From the NCBI GenBank assembly GCA_047602405.1, contig JASGHJ010000001.1, forward strand, positions 1,216,001 to 1,280,000: DNA of 64,000 nt. The letters run 5' to 3'. The position numbers and the translations under genes were made by a program. This DNA is from Anaeromyxobacteraceae bacterium (GTDB taxonomy: Bacteria; Myxococcota; Myxococcia; Myxococcales; Anaeromyxobacteraceae). Of the stretch, positions 12,292 through 24,936 are shown piece after piece. How positions within the stretch are numbered: position 1 is the stretch's first letter; each line of letters begins with the position of its first letter. The notes beneath the pieces were generated by a model. That model saw only the letters and a program-made list of their open reading frames with translations, searched no databases and was not told where the DNA came from.

Positions 12292-13455
12292 TCAGGGCAC
12301 CGCGATGCAGGCGCCCGTCGGGCAGGAGACGATGGGCTGCGGGGACCACGGCCCGCCTCCGGTCCGCACGGCGGCGGAGACGCCAGCCGTGAGCCAGAAC
12401 GTGCCGAGCGGGCCCGTCTCCCAGTACGGCAGGCCGTCGAGCGTCGGCTCGAAGCTCACCGCGTCGCCCGGGTGGACGAGGCCCGCCGGCCCGGCGACCT
12501 CGGAGAACACGAGCGTGTAGACCCCGTCGCTCGCCACGTCGTCGCCGTGCAGCCCGTCGTCGCGCAGGTCGACCCACCCGACGTTCAGGGCGGTGCTCCC
12601 GAGCCGGACGCTCGAGTACGAGCGGCCCCGGAACGGGCCCTGGAGCCGCGCACCCGAGTCCGAGACGTCGATGGAGACCCGCACGTCGACCGTCCCGAAC
12701 GCCGGGAGCACGTACGTGAGCTTCACCGGGGCCGTCGCGCCCAGCTGCGCGAAGAAGTCTCCGTCCGAGTGCGGGAGGGGGAGCTCGGTGCCGCTCACGG
12801 CGTTCGTCATCAGGAGCACGTACTCGTAGTTCCGCCCGGACGTGTTGGGAATCCAGACGGCGAGGCCCCACCGGTGGTCGCCCGCCGCGGCGCCCTCCGG
12901 CTCGTGACCACCGTCCATCCAGCTGCCGTCGTCGTGGAGGAGCGGAGGGGGATCGGGCCACGTCGGATCCAGGGTCAACACCCGGAGCGTGGCGTCGAAG
13001 GAGAAGGAGCCCTTCAGGGCGAGGTGGTTGGCGGCGCTGACCGCCTGGTTGGCCGTGTCGTCCACCTCGAGGTAGACGCCCACGTGACCCGGCGGCGGCC
13101 CGTAGCCGATCGTGAGGCGCACCTCGTCGTCGGTGGCGAGCTCGCCGTCCCGGACCGTCACCCGCGCCCTGTACTCGCCCTCGCGATCGGGCACGAGCGT
13201 GGCCCTCGGGGTGGCCGCGTCCGTGAGCACGGCCGTGCTGCCCTGCGGAGCGGAGAGGAGCTTCCACGCGAAGGTCAGCGCATCGCCGTCGGGGTCACGG
13301 CTGCCCGACGCATCGAGCACCTGCGGCTGCCACATCCGGCCCCTGCGATCGCCGCCCCCCGCCGCGAGCGGCGCGCGGTTCGGCCCGTCGTATCGATCCC
13401 CGCCGCACGCGGTCGCGGCCACCGCGGCGAGCGCGAGCCACTTGAGCTTCGCCAT
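12292..13455 (-). CDS. Lipoprotein with PKD-like domain and DDG/DG acidic (choice-of-anchor X-like) motifs
   Basis: Lipobox ATAC; LDASGSRDPDGDALTFAW PKD/REJ-like motif; LRDDGLHGDDVASDGVYT. Confidence 0.7.
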   Translation of the reverse strand: MAKLKWLALAAVAATACGGDRYDGPNRAPLAAGGGDRRGRMWQPQVLDASGSRDPDGDALTFAWKLLSAPQGSTAVLTDAATPRATLVPDREGEYRARVTVRDGELATDDEVRLTIGYGPPPGHVGVYLEVDDTANQAVSAANHLALKGSFSFDATLRVLTLDPTWPDPPPLLHDDGSWMDGGHEPEGAAAGDHRWGLAVWIPNTSGRNYEYVLLMTNAVSGTELPLPHSDGDFFAQLGATAPVKLTYVLPAFGTVDVRVSIDVSDSGARLQGPFRGRSYSSVRLGSTALNVGWVDLRDDGLHGDDVASDGVYTLVFSEVAGPAGLVHPGDAVSFEPTLDGLPYWETGPLGTFWLTAGVSAAVRTGGGPWSPQPIVSCPTGACIAVP

Positions 13456-13559
13456 GCACTCCCCCAGACTCCGGGGAGGATACAGGGCCCTACGTGAAAC
13501 GGTGCCGCGGCGGAAGCGCGCGGCGCCGGCCCGGGTCGTGGCGTGGCGCTCCGGTCGCG

Positions 13560-14006
13560 CTACTTCGACGGCGCCGGCGCGGGCGGCTGCTGCGCGGCCG
13601 CGCCCGCGGCCTCGTTCCGCTCGCCACGGCGCTCGACGCGCTCGCCCCGGCGCTCGCGGCGCTCACCCTGCCGCTCCATGCGGTCGCCGCGCCGCTCCAT
13701 CCGCTCGCCCTGGCGCTCCATCCGCTCCCCGCGCCGCTCGGCGCGCTCGGCCGCGATCGGGTGGCCGTTCGCGTCGAGCTTCTCGGCGCGCTCGTGCAGC
13801 CGCTCCCCGCGCTCCTCGCGACGCTCGCCCCGCGCCTCCTTGCGCTCGCCGCGGTGCTCGCGGCGCTCGCCCTGACGCTCCATCCGCTCCCCGCGGCGCT
13901 CCTGGCGCTCGCCCCGGCGCTCGACGCGGGTCGCCTCGTCGGCGCGGCCGGCGGCGGGGAGGGACAGCAGGGCGGCGGCGAGGACGGTCGTGACGATGCG
14001 GTTCAT
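13560..14006 (-). CDS. Secreted Arg/Glu/Gly-rich heptad-repeat protein
   Basis: ATG 14006 with GGAG RBS, signal peptide, repeated ERRGERx units. Confidence 0.7.
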   Translation of the reverse strand: MNRIVTTVLAAALLSLPAAGRADEATRVERRGERQERRGERMERQGERREHRGERKEARGERREERGERLHERAEKLDANGHPIAAERAERRGERMERQGERMERRGDRMERQGERRERRGERVERRGERNEAAGAAAQQPPAPAPSK

Positions 14007-14093
14007 GTCGAGTCTCCGTGGCGGTCCGGTCAGGGGATGGTGCCGCCGTACGTGAGCTTCAACCCGGGACCCCGGCCGCGGTTGCGGTCGCCC

Positions 14094-14165
14094 GGAACCG
14101 GGGGTGCCGGACGCCCGGGAACCGCGGGTGTCGGACACCAGGAAATCGCGGGTACCGGACACAAG
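14094..14165 (+). repeat. Three tandem 24-bp units containing GGTGCCGGACAC-like cores
   Basis: GGAACCGGGGGTGCCGGACGCCCG / GGAACCGCGGGTGTCGGACACCAG / GAAATCGCGGGTACCGGACACAAG. Confidence 0.7.
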
Positions 14166-14193
14166 AAGTTCCTGGAAATCCGGACTGTTGGCC

Positions 14194-14234
14194 AAAAACG
14201 AAGCCCCCGGGGCCGCGAGGGCACCCGGGGGCTC
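14194..14234 (-). terminator. Rho-independent terminator downstream of the OmpA-family gene
   Basis: Minus strand GAGCCCCCGGG...CCCGGGGGCTTC followed by GTTTTT. Confidence 0.75.
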
Positions 14235-14247
14235 CAGCCTTCAACAT

Positions 14248-14298
14248 CCGTTCATCCCGAGCGTAGGGCCCGCGAAGCGGGCCCGGAGACGGGGGACG
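14248..14298 (+). repeat. REP-like palindromic element (copy 1)
   Basis: CCGTTCATCCCGAGCGTAG-GGCCCGC-GAA-GCGGGCC-CGGAGACGGGGGACG. Confidence 0.85.
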
Positions 14299-14299
14299 G

Positions 14300-14920
14300 C
14301 TACGTGGGGTTCGGCACGTCGATGTGCAGCTCGACGCGGCGGTTCTTCGCCTTGCCGTCGGCGGTGTCGTTCGAGGCGACCGGCTTCGTCTCGCCGTAGC
14401 CGACGACCGAGATCTGCTCCGCCTTCACGCCGCGGGCGACGAGCACGGTCTTCACCGCGTCGGCGCGCTTCTCGGAGAGCTTCTGGTTGAACTCGGTCCC
14501 GCCGGCCGAGTCGGTGTGGCCCTCGATCTTCACGCGGTCGTCGCCGTACTTCGCGACGATGTCGCCGACCTGGACGAGCTGGTCGACGGCCTCCTTCTTC
14601 AGCTCGGCGGAGCCGGTGTCGAAGAGGATGTCGTTCTTCATGTTGACGAGGATGCCCTTCTCGGTGCGCTTCGCCTCGGCGACCTTCTCGAGCTCCTTGT
14701 GCTGCTTGTCGAGGTAGAGGCCGACGGAGCCGCCGGCGAGCGCGCCGACGCCGAGGCCGATGAGCGCGCCCTTCTTGCCGCCGATGAGCGCGCCCACGCC
14801 GGCGCCCGCGGCGCCGCCCGCGCCCGCGCCGATGGCGGTGCCCTTGCCGGCGGTGGCGCAGCCGGCCGCGAAGGTGATGGCCGTGACGGCCGCGAGAGAG
14901 AGGAGGAGGTTGCGGTTCAC
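14300..14920 (-). CDS. OmpA family lipoprotein with glycine zipper
   Basis: Lipobox AAGC, Gly zipper, ILFDTGSA, EGHTDS, NQKLSEKRA, NRRVE. Confidence 0.9.
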   Translation of the reverse strand: MNRNLLLSLAAVTAITFAAGCATAGKGTAIGAGAGGAAGAGVGALIGGKKGALIGLGVGALAGGSVGLYLDKQHKELEKVAEAKRTEKGILVNMKNDILFDTGSAELKKEAVDQLVQVGDIVAKYGDDRVKIEGHTDSAGGTEFNQKLSEKRADAVKTVLVARGVKAEQISVVGYGETKPVASNDTADGKAKNRRVELHIDVPNPT

Positions 14921-15104
14921 GGTGGCTTCTCCTTGAAAAGGTGGACGATCGAGCGTGATAGCGGATGCGCTTCACGCGGCCCACCGGAAACATCCCGACC
15001 CCCCATCGCGATTCCGGCTTGCGAGGCGCACCTCTCGGTACACCTCCGCACCCGAGCCGATGAGGCCGTGGGGACGTCCCGGATGTGAGACGACACGGCG
15101 CCGG

Positions 15105-15533
15105 CTACTGCCGGCCGCGTGATCTGAGCACGGCGCGGATCTCGACGAGATCGTGCAAATCGCCGCGCCCCATTCCTTCACACTGCTGCGCCTCCCGGTC
15201 CCAGGCCTTCGCGGACCGCAGGTGCTCTGGCCAGAACGGATAAGTCCGGCACTGCCGCGGCCGCTCCGGGTAGACCGTGCAGCCGTCCTTCCAGAGCGCG
15301 CAGTCGCCGTCGTCGGTGAGCCGGATCGTCTCCTGGCCGTCCACCCGGCGGACGTACTTGCGGTCAAACGCGGCCGCGGTCATGCCGAGGTGCTCGGCCA
15401 TCCGGCCGAGCTCGTACTCGGTCGCGTAGACCACGCCCTCGTGCCCGCCGCGGCAACAGCCGTGACAGCCGGTGCACTCGAAGCGCAGGCCCCCGGCGTA
15501 CCACGGCTGCTTCGGATCACGCGAAGGGGCCAT
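15105..15533 (-). CDS. YkgJ family cysteine-cluster protein
   Basis: LRFECTGCHGCC, CTVYPERPRQCRTYPFWPE. Confidence 0.9.
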   Translation of the reverse strand: MAPSRDPKQPWYAGGLRFECTGCHGCCRGGHEGVVYATEYELGRMAEHLGMTAAAFDRKYVRRVDGQETIRLTDDGDCALWKDGCTVYPERPRQCRTYPFWPEHLRSAKAWDREAQQCEGMGRGDLHDLVEIRAVLRSRGRQ

Positions 15534-15534
15534 G

Positions 15535-16023
15535 TCAGTCCCGGAAGTTCTGGAACTGCAGCGGCAGGCCCAGCGCGGCGCCGCGGATGCGCTGCATGGC
15601 TGCCTGCAGGTCGTCCTTCTTCTTGCCGCTGATCCGCACCGCCTCGCCCTGGATCGCCGCCTGCACCTTGAGGCCCGACTCCTTCATGAGGAGCACGAGC
15701 TTCTTCGCCTCCGGCTGCGGGATCCCCTTCTTCAGCTTCACGAGCTGCTTCACCGCACCGCCGGCGGCGGGCTCGACCTTCTGCGGGTCGATGCCCTCGA
15801 GCGGCACGCTGCGCTTCGCGAGCTTCTCCATGAGGACGCCCAGGGCCGCCTCGCAGCGCCCGTCGCTCGAGGCCTTCACGAGGATCGAGCCGTCCGCCTC
15901 GCGGGAGAGGTCGGTGTTCGTGCCCTTGAAGTCGAACCGCTGCGCGAGCTCCTTGCGCGCCTGGTTGAAGGCGTTCTCGACCTCCTGCAGGTTCAGCTCG
16001 CTCACCACGTCGAAGCTCGGCAA
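15535..16023 (-). CDS. yajQ: YajQ family cyclic-di-GMP-binding protein
   Basis: TTG start after GGAGG; PSFDVVSE, QRFDFKG, KVQAAIQG..VRISGKKKDDLQ, LQFQNFRD. Confidence 0.92.
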   Translation of the reverse strand: MPSFDVVSELNLQEVENAFNQARKELAQRFDFKGTNTDLSREADGSILVKASSDGRCEAALGVLMEKLAKRSVPLEGIDPQKVEPAAGGAVKQLVKLKKGIPQPEAKKLVLLMKESGLKVQAAIQGEAVRISGKKKDDLQAAMQRIRGAALGLPLQFQNFRD

Positions 16024-16037
16024 GGTTCCTCCAGGGA

Positions 16038-17688
16038 TCACAGCTCCAGGACCACCGGCAGCACCGCCGGCCGCCGCGCGCCGGAGCGCCGGAAGAACCG
16101 GCGCACCGACGTCCGCAGCACCTCCTGCACCTCGTTCACGTCCATCCGCGCCGCGGGCGAGAGCTCCTCGAGCGCGCGCACCACGTCGCCGCGCACCTCC
16201 GCCTCGGCGAGGTCGAACCCCGCCACGCCCCGCGCGTACAGCTCCGGCCCTCGCACGACCGCGCCGCTCGCCTTCTCGACCACCAGCACCGCGATGACGA
16301 GCCCGGCCTCGGCGAGGAGCCGGCGGTCCTTGATGACGAGCGGCCCCACCTCGTCGCCGATGAGCGCGTCGCGGTCGACGTAGACGCGCCCGGTCGCCGC
16401 GGTCTCCCGCACGCGCGCGCCCAGGTCGTCGAGCTCGAGCACCTGCCCGTCCACGATGAGGTGCCGCCCGGCCACGCCCTCCGCCGCGGCGTGGGCGGCG
16501 TGGCGCGCGAGGTGGCGGTACTCGCCGTGGATCGGCACGAAGTGCTCGGGCCGGGCGAGCGCGATGAGCCGGCGCTGCTCGTCCTGGTGCGCGTGGCCGG
16601 AGACGTGGAGCGGCGTGAGCCCCTCGTACGCCACCTCGGCGCCGCGGCGGCAGACCTCGTTCACGACCTGCCCGACCGCGATCTCGTTCCCCGGGATGAA
16701 CCGCGAGGAGAGGATCACGAGGTCGCCGGGCTCGATGGAGAGGTCCGGGTGATCGCCACGCGCGAGGCGGGCGAGCGCGGCCCGGGGCTCGCCCTGGGTG
16801 CCGGTCGTGAGGACGCAGAGCTCCCGCGGCGGGAGGTCCCGGGCCTGGTCGGCGCCGATGGGCTGCCAGGGCGCGATCTCGAGGAGCCCGAGCTGCCGCG
16901 CGGTCGCGACGTTCGCCTCCATCGCGCGGCCGAGGAAGCAGAGCCTGCGGCCGGTGGCGCGCGCGGCGCTCGCGATCTGCTGGATGCGGTGCACGTTCGA
17001 CGCGAAGCAGGCGACGAACACCCGCCCGCGCACGGTCGCCATGTGCCTCTTCCAGGGTCGGCCCGACGAGCGACTCCGAGAGCGACGAGCCCGGGCGCTC
17101 GGCGTTCGTCGAGTCGCTCATGAGGAGCCGCACGCCCTTCCGGCCGAGCGCCTCGATGCGGGCGAGGTCGGTCTGCGGGCCCGCGACCGGGTGCGCGTCC
17201 AGCTTGAAGTCGCCGGAGTGGAGCAGGGTGCCCTGCGGCGTCTGGAGCGCGAGGCCGCAGGCGTCGGGGATGGAGTGGGTGACCGCGATCCACTCCGCCG
17301 AGATGGGCGCGGCGTCGCCCGCCGGCCGCACGTCGCCGGGCTGCACCTCGCGCAGGTCCGCCTCCACGCCGGACTCGGCGAGCCGGGGCCGGAGCAGCGC
17401 GAGCGTGAAGCGGGTGCCGTAGACCGGCACCTTCACCTCGCGCAGGAGGAGGGGCAGCGCCCCGACGTGGTCCTCGTGGCCGTGCGTGAGGAAGACCGCG
17501 CCGATCTGCTCCTTCCGCTCCCGGAGCCAGGCGAAGTCCGGCGCGATGACGTCGACGCCGATGTTCTCGTTCGGGAACATGACCCCGCAGTCGACGACCG
17601 CGATGCGGCCGTCGGCCTCGACGGCCATGCAGTTCATGCCGACCTCGCCGAGGCCTCCGAGCGGGACGATGCGGACGGGGGGTGCCAC
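16038..17688 (-). CDS. rnj: Ribonuclease J, +1 frameshift near 17044
   Basis: PLGGLGEVGMN, THGHEDH, HSIPD, GDFK, SDSTN in one frame; FASNVHRIQ, TGTQGEP, HVSGH, PIHGE in the next. Confidence 0.9.
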
Positions 17689-18005
17689 AGGGCGGACAAG
17701 ATAACCGCTCCCGGGTCCTCGGTGCCGGACGGAGGCGAGAGCGAGGATCCGGGCTCCCTGGTTCCCGGATCCCCGCTCTCCGCGGCCGTGGCGCCCGGCG
17801 GTCGGGCGGCGCACGGCACCTCTTTCGGAAGGGGCCGGCGTACACGGCCCCCACTGATTGAGAACACGCGAACCGCCGGATGTGACCGGACACCGTGAAC
17901 CCCGGGCGGGCCGGGCCGAAAAGGGTTATCCTTCGCGGCCTTGCATCGTGTCCGGCACCGGCCTCCCCGGCCGCCCCGCCGGCCAGGAACCGACCGCACG
18001 CCGCC

Positions 18006-20383
<2,378 letters not shown>

Positions 20384-20387
<4 letters not shown>

Positions 20388-22135
20388 GCTCCGGACCCGT
20401 TCGCCCTGAGCCTGTCGAAGGGCGAACGCGGAAGGCCGCATCCTGGCTCCCTCCGCTCGTCCTCACCGTGCTCGTCCTCGCCGTCTTCGCGCAGACGTCC
20501 GGGTTCGGCTTCGTCAACCTCGACGACGACCATTACGTCTACGAGAACCGCCACGTCCTCGCGGGCCTCGGCCGCGCCGGCGCCGCCTGGGCGTTCGGCG
20601 GCTTCCACGTCTGGAACTACCACCCGCTCACCTGGCTCTCGCACATGGCCGACGTCTCGCTGTTCGGCCCCGGGCCCGGGCCGATGCACGCGGTCAACGT
20701 CGCGCTCCACCTCGCCGCCGCGCTGCTCCTCTTCGCGTTCCTCCGCGCCGCCACCGGCTCCACCGTGCGGAGCGCCGCCGTCGCCGCCCTGTTCGCGGTC
20801 CACCCGCTCCACGTCGAGTCGGTCGCCTGGATCTCCGAGCGGAAGGACGTCCTCTCGACCGCGCTCGGCTTCGCGGCGCTCCTCGCCTGGGTCCCCTGGG
20901 CGCGCCGGGGCTCGCGGCCGGCCTACGCCGCGTCGCTCGCGCTCTTCGCGCTCTCGCTCCTCGCGAAGCCGATGCTCGTCACGCTGCCCGCGCTGCTCCT
21001 CGTGCTCGATTTCTGGCCGTTCGGGCGCCTTTCACCACCGCTCGTCCCGAGCGCAAGGGCCGCGGAGCGGCCCTGGAGTCGAGGGACCCTCCTCCTCGAG
21101 AAGCTCCCCTTCCTCGCGCTCTCCGCGGCCTCCTCCGCGGTCACCGTGGCCGCGCAGGCGAGCGGCGGCGGCGCGGACTCCGCGGTCGTGCACCTGCCGT
21201 TCGCCCTGCGGCTCGAGAACGCGGTCGCCTCGGTCGGCGCGTACCTCGGCCAGACCTTCTGGCCCGCGGGGCTCTCCGCGTTCTACCCGCACCCGGCCTC
21301 CGCGGGCGGGCCGCCGCTCGCCGCGGTCTCGGGCGGCGCGGCCGCGCTCCTCGTCGTGAGCGTGCTCGCGTTCAGGGAGCGGTTCCGCCGGCCCTGGATC
21401 GCCGCGGGGTGGTGCTGGTTCCTCGGCGCGCTCGTGCCGGTCATCGGCCTCGTGCAGGTCGGCTCCCAGGCCCGCGCGGACCGCTACACCTACGTGCCGC
21501 TCGTCGGCGTCTTCATCGTGGTCGCCTGGGCGGCCGGCGAGCTCGCCTCCCGCAGCCAGGCCGCCCGGCAGGCCGTGGTGGTCACCGGCATCGCGGCCGT
21601 GCTCGCGCTCGCGTGGGTCGCGCACCGACAGGCCGGCGTCTGGCAGGACGCGGAGTCCCTGCAGCGGCACGCGCTCGCGGTGGACGGACGGAACTGGAAG
21701 GCCTGGCAGGGGCTCTGCTCGGCGGAGCTCGACGCCGGTGGCCTCGACGAGGCCGCGCGCTCCTGCGAGGAGGCGCTGCGCCTCCTGCCCACGTTCCACG
21801 ACGCGTGGAACACGCTCGGCGTCGTCCGCGCGCGGCAGGGCAACCACGCGGGCGCGCTCCGGCACTTCGAGCGCGCGCTCGAGCTCAGGCCGGGGTGGTA
21901 CCTCGCGCTCCGGAACGCGGGCGCCGCGCTCGGGAACCTCGGGCGGCCGGGTGAGGCCGCGCTGCGCCTCGCGGAGGCCGTGGCCGAGCGGCCCGACGAG
22001 CCGGACGCGTGGGCGATGCTCGCCACCGCCTGCGCCGACGCCGGCGACCTCGTCAACGCCCGCGCCGCGCTCGCGCGGCTCGAGGCGATCGACCCGGAAC
22101 GCGCGGCCCGGGTGCGGGCGCGGCGCACCTTCTAG
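20384..22135 (+). CDS. TMTC-like GT-C fold membrane protein with C-terminal TPRs
   Basis: FVNLDDDHYV, YHPLTWLSH, HPLHVESVAWISERKD, ADRYTY, TPR tail; GTGA overlap with the helicase stop. Confidence 0.85.
20397..20428 (+). repeat. Short REP-like palindrome lacking the inner hairpin (in TMTC-like N-terminus)
   Basis: CCGTTCGCCCTGAGCCTGTCGAAGGGCGAACG; CGTTCGCCC/GGGCGAACG perfect inverted repeat. Confidence 0.75.
21038..21087 (+). repeat. REP-like palindromic element (copy 3, in-frame inside the TMTC-like gene)
   Basis: CCGCTCGTCCCGAGCGCAA-GGGCCGC-GGA-GCGGCCC-TGGAGTCGAGGGAC. Confidence 0.8.
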
Positions 22136-22145
22136 GTTGCCACCC

Positions 22146-22196
22146 CGTCCCTCGACTCCGCCGCCGCTTCGCGGCGGCTACGCTCGGGATGAACGG
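22146..22196 (-). repeat. REP-like palindromic element (copy 4; supplies the VOC gene stop codon)
   Basis: Minus strand CCGTTCATCCCGAGCGTAG-CCGCCGC-GAA-GCGGCGG-CGGAGTCGAGGGACG. Confidence 0.85.
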
Positions 22197-22603
22197 GTCG
22201 GTTCAGCCACCTCATCGTATCCAAGCCCCAGGAACTGCAGCAGGCAGAACCCGTTGCCGAACGGGTCGGCCAGCATCGCGATCCGGCCCCACCGCTTCTC
22301 CTTCGGTCCACCCTCGAGCTTCGCGCCGGCCGCGACGGCGCGGGCGACGGCGCCCTCGAGGTCGTCCACCGCGAGGTCGACGTGCACCGGGGTCCAGTGC
22401 CGGCCGTACTCGCGCCGCACGTTCACGCCGGGCACCGGCGCGGAGCCCTCCTCGTTCGCGAGGAGGTACAGCGGCGCCTCGAGGCCCAGGAGCTCGACCG
22501 CGAACGGCCCGAACCGCCGCCCCGGCGTGAGGCCGAGCGCCGCCACGTAGAACCGCTCCGCCGCCGCGAGGTCCGGCACGTCCACGTTCACGAGGAGCCT
22601 CAT
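22178..22603 (-). CDS. VOC/glyoxalase family protein
   Basis: NVDVPDLAAAERFY, HWTPVHVD, ADPFGNGFC. Confidence 0.85.
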   Translation of the reverse strand: MRLLVNVDVPDLAAAERFYVAALGLTPGRRFGPFAVELLGLEAPLYLLANEEGSAPVPGVNVRREYGRHWTPVHVDLAVDDLEGAVARAVAAGAKLEGGPKEKRWGRIAMLADPFGNGFCLLQFLGLGYDEVAEPTRSSRA

Positions 22604-22649
22604 GCACGCCGGTGTACCGGCCGCGCGGCCCCGGCGCTACAACCCGGGC

Positions 22650-23420
22650 ATGGATCTCGGACTCGCAGGGAAGGTGGCGGTGGTCACGGGCGGGAGCCGC
22701 GGCATCGGCCGGGCGATCGCCGAGGAGCTCGCGCGCGAGGGTGCGAGGGTCGCCATCGGCGCGCGCGGCGAGGGCCCGCTCGCGGACGCGCTCGAGGCGC
22801 TCCAGGAGGCGGGGCCCGGCCCGCACCTCGGCGTCACCGCGGACCTCGAGACCGACGCCGGCGTGGAGGCGCTCGTGTCCGGCGCCGCCGAGGCGCTCGG
22901 CGGCGTGGACCTCGTCGTCGCGAACCTCGGCGGCGCGGGGGCCCGCACCCACGCGGCCGCCGACGAGGCCGACTTCCGCGCCATCGTCGAGCGGAACTTC
23001 TTCTCCGCGCTGAAGCTCGTGCGCCGCAGCCTGCCCGAGCTCCGCCGGCGCGGCGGCGGGGCGGTCGTGCTCGTGACGTCGATCTGGGGGCGGGAGACCG
23101 GCGGCGGCCCGTCCTACAACGCCGCGAAGGCCGCGGAGCTCTCGCTCGCGGCCTCGCTCGGCCGGGAGCTCCTGCCCGAGAACATCCGCGTGAACGCCGT
23201 CGCCCCCGGCTCCATCGAGTTCCCCGGCGGCGGCTGGGCGAGGCGCCGCGCGGCCGACCCGCAGGGCATCGCCGAGTTCGTGAGGCGCGAGCTCCCCGGT
23301 GGCCGCATGGGCCGGCCGGAGGAGGTCGCCGCGGTCGTCGCCTTCCTGCTGTCCGCGCGCGCGAGCTGGGTCAGCGGCGCGTGCTGGACCGTCGACGGCG
23401 GGCAGTCGCGGGCGTTCTGA
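22650..23420 (+). CDS. SDR family oxidoreductase
   Basis: TGGSRGIG, YNAAK, IRVNAVAPG, GRPEEVA, VDGG. Confidence 0.9.
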   Translation: MDLGLAGKVAVVTGGSRGIGRAIAEELAREGARVAIGARGEGPLADALEALQEAGPGPHLGVTADLETDAGVEALVSGAAEALGGVDLVVANLGGAGARTHAAADEADFRAIVERNFFSALKLVRRSLPELRRRGGGAVVLVTSIWGRETGGGPSYNAAKAAELSLAASLGRELLPENIRVNAVAPGSIEFPGGGWARRRAADPQGIAEFVRRELPGGRMGRPEEVAAVVAFLLSARASWVSGACWTVDGGQSRAF

Positions 23421-23573
23421 CGCGGAGGCGGCCCCGGAGAGCGACCCGAGGTGCGAGCGGGCCTCGGTGCGACTGCCGCCTTTTCCGATCCGGACGCCCG
23501 TCGCACAACGTGCGAGGTTCACCGCGAGGAGACACATCGAGGCGGGGCGGCCGGCTCCGCTAGGCTGGCCGCC

Positions 23574-24158
23574 GTGAACGAGTACATCCGCAATCCGAGG
23601 CGGTTCCCGCGCCTCCCCGTGCGCTGCACGGTCCGGGTCGGGCTGCGCGGCGGGGGCTTCGTGCGAGCGCACACCGACGCGGTCGGCCCTGGCGGCTGCG
23701 GCGGCACGACCCCGTGGCGCCTCCCCACCGAGGAGCGGGCCTTCGTGGAGCTGCGGCACGAGCGGCTCCTCGAGCCGTGCCTGCTCTCGGGAAAGGTGGT
23801 CTGGTCGTCGAACGACGCGCCCAGCCGCTGGGGCATCGCGTTCGATCCCGAGTCCGAGGCGGTCGCCGCGACGCTGTTCGGCCAGCTCGCCGCCGCGCAC
23901 CCCGAGCTCCCGGTGCGCTCGCCGACCCCCGGGATCGACGGCGAGGCGCTGCTCGTACCCACGACGAGGCTGGAGCGGCTCGCGTCGCTGCGGCCCCCCG
24001 AGGAGGACCTCGTCGGCATGCTGGGCGACGGCAAGCGGGCCGCCGTGCTCCGGGAGGAGCTCGGCGAGCGGTGGGATCACTACGTCAATCCACTCTTCGC
24101 CCTCCTCGACCGCCAGGCCGTCGAGCTGCGCGCGCCCACCCGCTGGCGGCCCGACTGA
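23574..24158 (+). CDS. PilZ domain-containing protein
   Basis: NPRRFPR (RxxxR) and a degenerate D..G.GG motif, GKVVW, GIAF. Confidence 0.7.
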   Translation: MNEYIRNPRRFPRLPVRCTVRVGLRGGGFVRAHTDAVGPGGCGGTTPWRLPTEERAFVELRHERLLEPCLLSGKVVWSSNDAPSRWGIAFDPESEAVAATLFGQLAAAHPELPVRSPTPGIDGEALLVPTTRLERLASLRPPEEDLVGMLGDGKRAAVLREELGERWDHYVNPLFALLDRQAVELRAPTRWRPD

Positions 24159-24189
24159 GCGGCCGCGCCCTGCGCCCCGGGGACCACCC

Positions 24190-24927
24190 TCAGCGCACGA
24201 GCCGCCCCCACCCCGCCGCGACGTCCATCGTCGACGCCACCCCGGCGTGAAGCAGGGCGCCCCACCAGAAGCTCCGGGTGCGGATCGCGAGGTACCCGAG
24301 CGCGATCGCCGCGACGACCGCGCCGAGGGCCTCGGGCTCGGGCTTCGCGTGGTGCTCGAGCGCGAAGGGCAGGGCGAGCACGTAGATCGCGGGCAGGCCC
24401 ACGCGCCGGTACAGCCCGAAGAGCAGGAAGCCGCGCCAGAGCGCCTCCCACGCGACGAAGTAGAGCCCGTAGGCCGCCTCGTACACGAGGAAGAGGCCCG
24501 CGGACGCGGTGGCGCCGTCCGCGAGGGGGTACTTCGCGCCGAAGACCGGCGTCCGCGCCGCGACGAGCACGGCGGGCACCATCACGACCCAGAGCGCGCC
24601 CGCCACCGCGAGCCCGAGCCGCGCGCGCCCGGGGCCGTAGCCGTACTCGCGGAGCGGCTCGCGGAGGAGCGCGAGCAGCAGGAGCGGCGCGAGGAGGAAG
24701 AGCACGGCGTCGCCTGCGAACCAGCCGAGGTGCGGCGCGATGGCGCCCCACGCGCCGAGGTCGCGGCCGGCGAGGAGCCGGGACACGTTCGCGGGCCGGA
24801 CGTGGTGCTGTGAGAAGACGAGGAGCACGGCCGCAGCGCAGGGGATCGTGACCGCGGCGGCGTCGAGCCTCCCGAGGTGCGGCACCGGGGGGAGCTCCCG
24901 GTGGAGCCAGGCGGAGAGGGCGCGCAT
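24190..24927 (-). CDS. CPBP (CAAX/Rce1-like) intramembrane metalloprotease
   Basis: WEALWRGFLLFG, FALEH..KP, RTRSFWWGALLH; multi-TM. Confidence 0.85.
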   Translation of the reverse strand: MRALSAWLHRELPPVPHLGRLDAAAVTIPCAAAVLLVFSQHHVRPANVSRLLAGRDLGAWGAIAPHLGWFAGDAVLFLLAPLLLLALLREPLREYGYGPGRARLGLAVAGALWVVMVPAVLVAARTPVFGAKYPLADGATASAGLFLVYEAAYGLYFVAWEALWRGFLLFGLYRRVGLPAIYVLALPFALEHHAKPEPEALGAVVAAIALGYLAIRTRSFWWGALLHAGVASTMDVAAGWGRLVR

Positions 24928-24936
24928 GCAAGGAGC

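Noticed and set aside
14094..14165. 24-bp tandem repeats as a mini-CRISPR array
   Set aside because: Units are contiguous with no unique spacers, and there is no cas operon
14976..15068. Hammerhead-like words GAAAC and CCGATGAG
   Set aside because: Core reads CCGAUGA rather than CUGAUGA, and the stems do not assemble properly
16038..17688. rnj as a pseudogene or programmed frameshift
   Set aside because: No slippery sequence; all motifs intact; same +1 pattern as five other genes
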